Shown here: positions 11,681 through 17,537 of the stretch, one piece after another
How positions within the stretch are numbered: position 1 is the stretch's first letter
How the letters are laid out: the number at the start of each line of letters is the position of its first letter
From: Octopus sinensis
Taxonomy: Eukaryota
Assembly: GCF_006345805.1 (NCBI RefSeq)
Contig: NW_021824808.1
Coordinates: 1-17,537 of the forward strand
Direction: 5' to 3'
Length of the DNA stretch: 17,537 nucleotides
Notes under the pieces: model-generated
Databases searched by the model: none
Told to the model about the DNA's origin: nothing
The model's input: the letters and a program-made list of their open reading frames with translations, nothing else
Made by a program: the position numbers and the translations under genes

Positions 11681-11824
11681 CTCTCTGTACTTTCAGGTAG
11701 ATAGATAGACATAATAATTGATATGTACAAAGAGAAAGAGATATATTGTAAGATAAATGCTAAGACAACAATATATAAATTCAGTCATATTGCTCTGCTC
11801 TTATCTCTTATCTAAAATATCTTT

Positions 11825-12227
11825 ATGTTCTTTTTGTGTCAACCACTAAACTCCGACCATGCTGGGGCAAATATTTAGAAAGTTTTGTCGAATAATTCAA
11901 CCCCAAGCACTTATTTTTGTGAACGTGGACTTTGTTCATGTAACACAATTTGCTGAAGAGCTAAGTTGCGGGTGGTAAATAAACCAAGACTGGGTGTGAA
12001 GTGATGGTGTATTCAAAAACACACACTTACACGTGCACAGAGACATACACATACACACACACACCTCTATATCACAAACTTACTTTAGTTTTCATCTCCC
12101 AAATGCACTCACAAGCCTTGGGGGCTATATTAGAAGACATTTGCTTGAGGCAACACACAGTGGAACTGAACCCAGTACCATGTGGTAGTGAAGCATAAAG
12201 TTCACTACACAGCCACACCTGCTCCTA
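11825..12227 (-). mobile_element. Diverged near-full-length tRNA-derived SINE with internal (TG)n
   Basis: Minus-strand head AGGAGCAGGTGTGGCTGTG...CCACATGGTACTGGGTTCAGTTCCACTG matches 3423-3501; the 3' half (CCATGCTGGGGCA...TTTTGTCGAA...GCTAAGTTGCGGG on plus) matches 13862-14047. Confidence 0.75.
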
Positions 12228-12552
12228 ACACTTCGGGCTGTTGTATATGCATAATTCGTTGTCAGTTGTATTTATATAGTGTCTTGTTTGTTTCCAACTC
12301 AGCACACATTCGTTAGCTTTTCACCAGTAGCTTAATAAAGATGCTGGCACCTGCAAACTTGAGCAGTATCAAAGATAACTGGTGTGAAACTACTATCATA
12401 TTTTGCTTTGACTGAAGAACAAAACTCAGGTGCGAATATTCCATGTATCATATCGTTGTGTAATTTCCCATCCGTTTAGTTTCCGTCTGCTTTCACGTTA
12501 ACTCTGCTTTCGTCTAACTTTTTCTTCTTGCATTTTTCTCTTCAACCCTTGA

Positions 12553-12639
12553 TACATACATACATGCATACATACATACATACATACATACATACATACA
12601 TACATACATACATACATACATACATACATACATACATAC
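12553..12639. repeat. (TACA)n microsatellite
   Basis: Directly visible. Confidence 0.95.
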
Positions 12640-12646
12640 GTATAAA

Positions 12647-13003
12647 CAGAGTGATTCAAAAGTCGTCATACATAGGAACAATTTATCTTATTTATAAGAA
12701 ACAGTTTATAAGAACAGTTTTTTTTATTTATTTAACAGGCTCTATATGGTAACCATTGTTTTGAGTACACATTGCAATACATTTACCCCATTCACTGTGA
12801 ACTCGTTATAGCACATCTGGTGATACGTGTTCAAATGAGTTGGTGATGCGCTCCTTCAAACTATTTGTGTCTTTTATCTTTCCGTGATACACCAGGCCTT
12901 TCAAATGCCCCCAAAAATAGAAATCAAAAGGGGTCAGATCAGGGGATCTTATAAACTGTCTCTTATTAAAATATAATTTTCCTATGTATGGTGAATCATC
13001 CTG
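12647..13003 (-). mobile_element. Internally deleted Tc1/mariner-superfamily DNA transposon (rosa/DD41D-like) with ~55-65 bp imperfect TIRs
   Basis: Left TIR CAGAGTGATTCA...CATACATAGGAACAATTTAT...ATAAGAAACAGTTTATAAG; right TIR (reverse complement) CAGGATGATTCA-CCATACATAGGAAAATTATA...ATAAGAGACAGTTTATAAG. TA target duplications are degenerate (AA / TG). Confidence 0.88.
12728..12949 (-). pseudogene. Tc1/mariner transposase C-terminal fragment
   Basis: Manual translation RSPDLTPFDFYFWGHLKGLVYHGKIKDTNSLKERITNSFEHVSPDVL*RVHSEWGKCIAMCTQNNGYHIEPVK*; carries the SPDLTPxDF..WG motif and C-terminal GxHIE. Not in the ORF track. Confidence 0.9.
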
Positions 13004-13013
13004 TGTATGTATG

Positions 13014-13021
<8 letters not shown>

Positions 13022-13076
<55 letters not shown>
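13022..13076. repeat. (TG)n microsatellite
   Basis: Directly visible. Confidence 0.95.
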
Positions 13077-13081
<5 letters not shown>

Positions 13082-13820
13082 AAATTTTAAATAATAAGTG
13101 TGAAAAATTGAATATTAATTTGAATAATATCAATTTGAAACCAGTGGTCTAATATATTAAAATCTTAAGATACAGAAAAATTATATTACATACATATGAA
13201 ACCAGTGGTCTAGCATATATCATATATATATATATATAATATATATATATATTATATATATATATATATATAGTGGTTATCCCTCTTATATGAATGTAAT
13301 ATAATTTTTCTGTATCTTCAGGGTTTAATATGCTAGACCACTGGTTTTTAAAATGATATTAATCAAATTAATGTTCAGTTTTTCAAACTTATTATTTTTG
13401 ATTTAATTTAAATAACTATGTTCTCTAACCGGCAAAACTCACTGCAGAAATTTAAGTTCTCCAGAATTATTTTCGGTATTTTAGCGCGCCAAAAAGATAA
13501 CCTCAAGTGTAATTGGTAGAACTGCACGCATGTTCAATTTCATGCGGACGTCTCGTGTACAGTTCTTCAAATTATATTTGCATAGACGATCACACTGACG
13601 AGCTACGGACAATTACGTAAGTAATTACATAAGTGGTAATAGCGAAACTAGTTTTGGATTAATCTATATTTTGTTTCTTTTCATTTGTCTTGCTCGCTTA
13701 TGTTCTGGTGTTTGCTAAAATTTTCTTGAGAACATTCCTTTCTTAGTGGTAAGACCATAGCTGATGTACTTCTAGCATATGGATGTCCAGGTAGTGGTCA
13801 TCCCTGTTATATGGGTATAT
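13076..13820 (+). mobile_element. Non-coding Penelope-pLTR/retrozyme-like element: inverted 5' segment plus ~521 bp terminally redundant unit with a hammerhead
   Basis: Inverted arms 13076-13197 / 13288-13410 around a (TA)n spacer; direct repeat 13271-13292 vs 13792-13813 (20/22); hammerhead motif at 13582-13667. Confidence 0.7.
13582..13667 (+). ncRNA. Type I hammerhead ribozyme motif (intact core, damaged stem I)
   Basis: CTGACGA (13595-13601); stem II GCTA/TAGC with apical AATTAC-GTAA-GTAATT; GAAA (13644-13647); palindromic minimal stem III ACTAGT; GUU site at 13653; stem I ATAGA/TCTAT and GATC/GATT with two mismatches near the core. Confidence 0.7.
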
Positions 13821-13861
13821 ATATGTATATATATAGGTATGTATGTATGTATATATATGCA

Positions 13862-14047
13862 TATTTTACTATTTTATTTGTTTCAGTCATTTGACTGCGG
13901 CCATGCTGGAGCACCGCCTTTTAGTCGAACAGATCGATCCCAGATCTTACTCTTTATAAGGCTAGTACTTATTCTAGCCATCTCTTCTCACGAACTGCCA
14001 ATTTTCGGGGACGTAAACTCACCAACACCGGTTGTTAAGCGATTGTG
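13862..14047 (-). mobile_element. SINE 3' half (family of 11825-12227)
   Basis: TTTCAGTCATTTGACTGCGGCCATGCTGGAGCACCGCC...TTAGTCGAA...CGGGGACGTAAAC...GGTTGTTAAGCG aligns with the degraded copy at 11830-12010. Confidence 0.75.
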
Positions 14048-14184
14048 AAAGAATAAGAAGAGTAATGTCTGTTGCAAACAAAGAACAATCTAAGACAACA
14101 CAGTGTGGGATTTGAACTCAGAACGAAACGGTTGTATGCTTATGAATGTTTAGAAAGTCAGGCCATTGTAGATACTACGCGAGT

Positions 14185-14399
14185 ATTCTTTTCGACTCTA
14201 GGCACAAGGCCCGAAATTTTGGGAGAAGGGGCCAGTCGATTTGATTGACCTCAGTACGCAACTGGTACTTAATTTATCGTCTTCAAAAGGATGAAAGGCA
14301 AAGTCGACCTCGGCGGAATTTGAACTCAGAATGTACAAAGAGACGAAATGCCGCTAAGCATTTCGCCCGGCGTGCTAACGTTTCTGCCAGTTCGCCGCC
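14185..14399 (-). mobile_element. tRNA-derived SINE (same family as the cluster at 15863-16665)
   Basis: Reverse complement GGCGGCGAACTGGCAGAAACGTTAGCACGCCGGGCGAAATGCTTAGCGG...TTCTGAGTTCAAATTCCGCCGAGGTCGACTTTGCCTTTCATCC; B box GAGTTCAAATTCC. A further small fragment lies at ~14104-14125. Confidence 0.9.
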
Positions 14400-14544
14400 A
14401 TATCATGCGAGTATTAAGCCACAAAAGGAGCTCAACTTATTAATTGCGACCAGCTTTTAAGGAAGCAAATATTAAACAAAATCAACATTCATAATAACAA
14501 TAAACTCACCAATGCCGGAAAAGATCAAAGCTGCGATATATACA

Positions 14545-14711
14545 AATGCACATACACAAACCAACACACACACACATACATACACACACTCACACTCACA
14601 TACACACACACACACACATGCATGCATACTTACAGATACACATCAGTATGCATGTATATACGTATATATGTAAATATAGAAGAAGCAAAATTTCACACAT
14701 ATATATATATG

Positions 14712-14742
<31 letters not shown>

Positions 14743-14822
14743 GATATATATACACACACACACACACATATATATGTAAGTATACATGTATTACAAATTT
14801 ATGTATATATTTTATATATATG

Positions 14823-14853
<31 letters not shown>

Positions 14854-14867
14854 TATATATATAATGC

Positions 14868-14900
<33 letters not shown>

Positions 14901-14947
14901 TATATGTATATATATATATTGGTATATATATATCATATATATATTGC

Positions 14948-14980
<33 letters not shown>

Positions 14981-15000
14981 TATATGTATATATATATATT

Positions 15001-15046
<46 letters not shown>

Positions 15047-15070
15047 GTATGTATGTAGTATGTATGTATT
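14545..15070. repeat. Compound (CA)n/(TG)n/(TA)n microsatellite block
   Basis: Directly visible. Confidence 0.9.
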
Positions 15071-15285
15071 TACATAGATATTGCACACCTCCACGCGGAA
15101 TAACCGCCGCAACAACACCGGGAATTGAAACTTAAATAAACAGAGAAATATGTCGGTCGTACCATTGACACAAATTCGACGACGGCACGCGGAAGGACAC
15201 GATCGTCTTACACATTCAAACTAACGATATCTGAACTACACAAATGTAACACTTAACAACAGCAACTACAACAACAACAGCGACG

Positions 15286-15318
15286 ATAATGATAATAATA
15301 ATAATAATAATATAATAA

Positions 15319-15362
<44 letters not shown>

Positions 15363-15439
15363 TAATAATAATAATAATAATAATAATATAAAAATAATAA
15401 TAATAATAATAATTAATATTAATAATAATAATAATAATA

Positions 15440-15472
<33 letters not shown>

Positions 15473-15475
15473 TAT

Positions 15476-15507
<32 letters not shown>

Positions 15508-15599
15508 TAATAATAATAATAATAAATAATAATAACAATAAATATAATAATAAATAATAATAATAATATAATAATAATACTAATGATAATAATAATAAT
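15286..15599. repeat. (AAT)n array, ~310 bp
   Basis: Directly visible, with scattered indels. Confidence 0.97.
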
Positions 15600-15862
15600 C
15601 CGGTCTAAAAATTGTTGATATGACAAAGATTCGGGTTTATGTTCCTGAACTGTTAATAGTTTAACGCATCTTCAACGATATCAGGTTTTTCGAAGACGTG
15701 CACGATAAAATGGTTCTATAGTCTCAGAAATTGCTAGTACAGTTTTATATATTTACCTTTCATACTAATTGATGCTGTTTGCTCTTCTTGTTCTATTTGT
15801 TGTTGTTGTTTCTCTTGTATTCATTGTTGCTATTTCTCTAGTTCGTGTTTGAATATTATTGT

Positions 15863-16060
15863 AAGGCGGCGAGCTGGCAGAATCGTCAGCACGCTGGGCG
15901 AAATACTTAGCAGTATCTCTCCCGTTGCTCCGTTCTGAGTTCTGCCGAGTTGGACTTTGCTATTCCTCCTTTCGGTGTCGATAAATTAAGTACCAGTTGC
16001 GTGCTGGGGCCGATCTAAATACAGCCCCCTCCCCCAAATTTCGGGTCTTGTGTCTAGAAT
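15863..16060 (+). mobile_element. SINE cluster unit 1
   Basis: AAGGCGGCGAGCTGGCAGAATCG...TAAGTACCAGTTGCG...AAATTTCGGGTCTTGTGTCTAG; homologous to 14185-14399. Confidence 0.9.
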
Positions 16061-16072
16061 AAATAATATAGT

Positions 16073-16306
16073 AAGGCGCCGAGCTGGTAGAAACGTTAGC
16101 ACGCCGGGCGAAATGCTTAGCGGTATTTCGTTTGTGTTTTATGTTCTCAGTTCAAATCCCGCCCTGGTCGACTTTGCCTTTCATCCTTTCGGAGTCGATT
16201 AAATAAGTACCAGTTATGCACTGGGGTCGATATAATCGACTTAATCCGTTTGTCTTTCCTTGTTTGTCCTCTTTGTGTTTAGCCCGTTGTGGGTAGTAAA
16301 GAAATA
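16073..16306 (+). mobile_element. SINE cluster unit 2, with an alternative LINE-like 3' tail
   Basis: Same head and body as unit 1; tail 16263-16304 matches the LINE 3' terminus at 6719-6760. Confidence 0.9.
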
Positions 16307-16474
16307 GGTATTTCTCCGGTTGCTAAGTTCTGAGTTCAAGTTCTGCCGAGATTGCCTTTGCTTTTCATCCTTTCGGGGATCGATAAATTAAGTACCAGTT
16401 GCGTAATGGGGTTGATGTAATTGACTTAACCACCCCCATCCAAATTTCAGGCCTTGTGTCAATAGTAGAAAGGA
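16307..16474 (+). mobile_element. SINE cluster unit 3 (headless, starts at GGTATTTC)
   Basis: GGTATTTC...TTCTGAGTTCAAGTTCTGCCGAG...AAGTACCAGTTGCG...AAATTTCAGGCCTTGTG. Confidence 0.88.
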
Positions 16475-16488
16475 TATAAGTATATAGT

Positions 16489-16665
16489 AAAACGGTGAGA
16501 TGGCAGAATCGTTAGCATGCCTGGTAAAACGTTCTAACGGTATTTCGTTCGTCTTTAGGTTCTAATTTCAAATTCCATCGATGTCAAATTAGCTTTCCTA
16601 CTTCGGAGTCGATACAATAAGTACCAGTTGGACACTGGTGTAGATGTAATCGAGTTCCCTTTTCC
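16489..16665 (+). mobile_element. SINE cluster unit 4 (more diverged)
   Basis: CGGTGAGATGGCAGAATCGTTAGCATGCC...GGTATTTCG...CGGAGTCGAT...TAAGTACCAGTTG. Confidence 0.85.
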
Positions 16666-16748
16666 ATCTGAGCAGCTGTAATCACAAAACGTGTGGCTTT
16701 TTTTTATTATAACATTATTTCGAGAAGACTTACCACATAATATATATA

Positions 16749-16973
16749 TCGTTGATATTACGTTAAACTGTCGTATGTACACATTTGGCCAAATGCATTT
16801 TTTTTACTCAGTATTTAGTTTTAATCGCAACAGCCGGTTCTTTTTGTCAAACTATCGCATCTCCAACTACTTTAGATATCACAATTGTCAAAGTGTAGTT
16901 CAACGGTTTTGCTATGGAAAGGCGAAACTATTTTTTCGATTTGGAGTTAAGACACTTTTACATAATTGCAACG

Positions 16974-16974
<1 letters not shown>
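16749..16974. mobile_element. MITE (~226 bp) with 24 bp imperfect TIRs and TA flanks (Tc1/mariner-type)
   Basis: Left TCGTTGATATTACGTTAAACTGTC vs right (reverse complement) TCGTTGCAATTATGTAAAAGTGTC, 19/24 identical; TA at 16747-16748 and 16975-16976, both within (TA)n. Confidence 0.7.
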
Positions 16975-17006
<32 letters not shown>

Positions 17007-17204
17007 CACGGGAAGCTTTATGAAAATAGACAAAAGACGAAGGCAGGTGGAAAACAAACGAACAATTGTATTAGTATGGCGCTCAGGAAATATAAATAAA
17101 AAAACAAGTCTTTAACGTTTCGAGCCTACGCTCTTCAACAGAAAGATACACAGAGAGAAAAAAAACACAGAAAGAAGGAGAGAAAAAAAATGCGTGCAGT
17201 AGCT
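17007..17204 (-). mobile_element. Short Penelope-like pLTR fragment between (TA)n tracts
   Basis: Pyrimidine-rich minus strand with a central minimal hammerhead-like motif; (TA)n on both sides. Confidence 0.6.
17109..17146 (-). ncRNA. Minimal hammerhead-like motif with variant core
   Basis: Minus strand TCTTT-CTGTTGA-A-GAGC-GTAG-GCTC-GAAA-CG-TT-AAAGA: 5 bp stem I, 4 bp stem II, palindromic AACGTT in place of stem III; core CUGUUGA differs from CUGANGA at A6. Confidence 0.6.
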
Positions 17205-17363
17205 TATATATATATATATATATATATCTATATATATATATATGTATGTATACATATACATATTCCCACTCAAAGACACACACACACACACACAACACAC
17301 ACACACATATATATATATTATATATATATATATATAAATATAATATATAAAATTATATGTTGA

Positions 17364-17455
17364 TGTTTTGGCGTAGCCACTGATGAGAACTTCGCTTAGC
17401 AAAAAATCATACTTGCTAATTAGAGTTCAAAATCTATGTATGGCAGTACAAAACA
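17364..17455 (+). ncRNA. Type I hammerhead ribozyme motif (GAAA mutated to AAAA) in a second retrozyme/pLTR-like element running off the window end
   Basis: Stem I TGTTTTG..GCCA / TGGC..CAAAACA; CTGATGA 17380-17386; stem II GAACT/AGTTC extended by TTAGCAA/TTGCTAA; AAAA at 17429-17432; GUA site at 17440. Confidence 0.72.
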
Positions 17456-17537
17456 AGATAAAAGCTTCAATTTTTCATTCCCTGCGAAATTACTCTTAAT
17501 GTGGTACTGGTCCTTTGACTGCTACTTCTAGCATGTA

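Larger units (their letters stand above)
9369..11696 (+). mobile_element. gag/ORF1-only non-autonomous retroelement candidate (~2.3 kb; boundaries approximate)
   Basis: A/C-rich plus strand; ~200 bp leader, then a broken ORF1-like frame ending TAA at 11680 with no EN/RT downstream; bounded by (GGAC)n and GTAGATAGATAGAC. Confidence 0.65.

Noticed and set aside
11673-11696. GTAAGT...CTCTCTGTACTTTCAG, splice donor and acceptor-like motifs spanning the ORF1 stop
   Set aside because: 24 nt is too short for a normal spliceosomal intron and there is no transcript evidence.
12300-12545. CTGAAGA (12412-12418), nearby hairpins and a pyrimidine-rich tail suggesting another Penelope-like end
   Set aside because: No stem II closing onto GAAA could be built; too degraded to call.
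15863-16665. CRISPR-like or satellite array
   Set aside because: Units are ~200 bp diverged SINE copies in a eukaryotic context, with no repeat-spacer structure or cas genes.
16691-17023. 110 aa ORF
   Set aside because: It spans the MITE and (TA)n; no domain similarity recognised.

Overview
AT-rich eukaryotic (animal) intergenic or intronic DNA with no recognisable host gene. The SINE types and the extreme (TA)n/(CA)n/(GATA)n/(AAT)n density suggest an Octopus-type cephalopod genome; this is inferred from recalled similarity, not from a search. Contents: (i) a 5'-truncated, frameshifted L1/Tx1-clade LINE on the minus strand (~6716-9350; RT with YADD, C-terminal CCHC), lying head-to-head with a ~2.3 kb gag/ORF1-only element on the plus strand (RRM-like region, one CX2CX4HX4C knuckle, no EN/RT); (ii) several tRNA-derived SINEs, including a four-unit tandem cluster in which one unit ends in the LINE's own 3' tail (33/42 ungapped identity); (iii) an internally deleted Tc1/mariner element and a TA-flanked MITE; (iv) several small non-coding elements beside (TA)n tracts that carry type I hammerhead-ribozyme motifs and/or fold-back arms (1-308, 1832-2056, 13076-13820, 17007-17204, 17350-end), resembling Penelope pLTR or retrozyme derivatives. 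Almost all ORFs in the supplied track are microsatellite artefacts.
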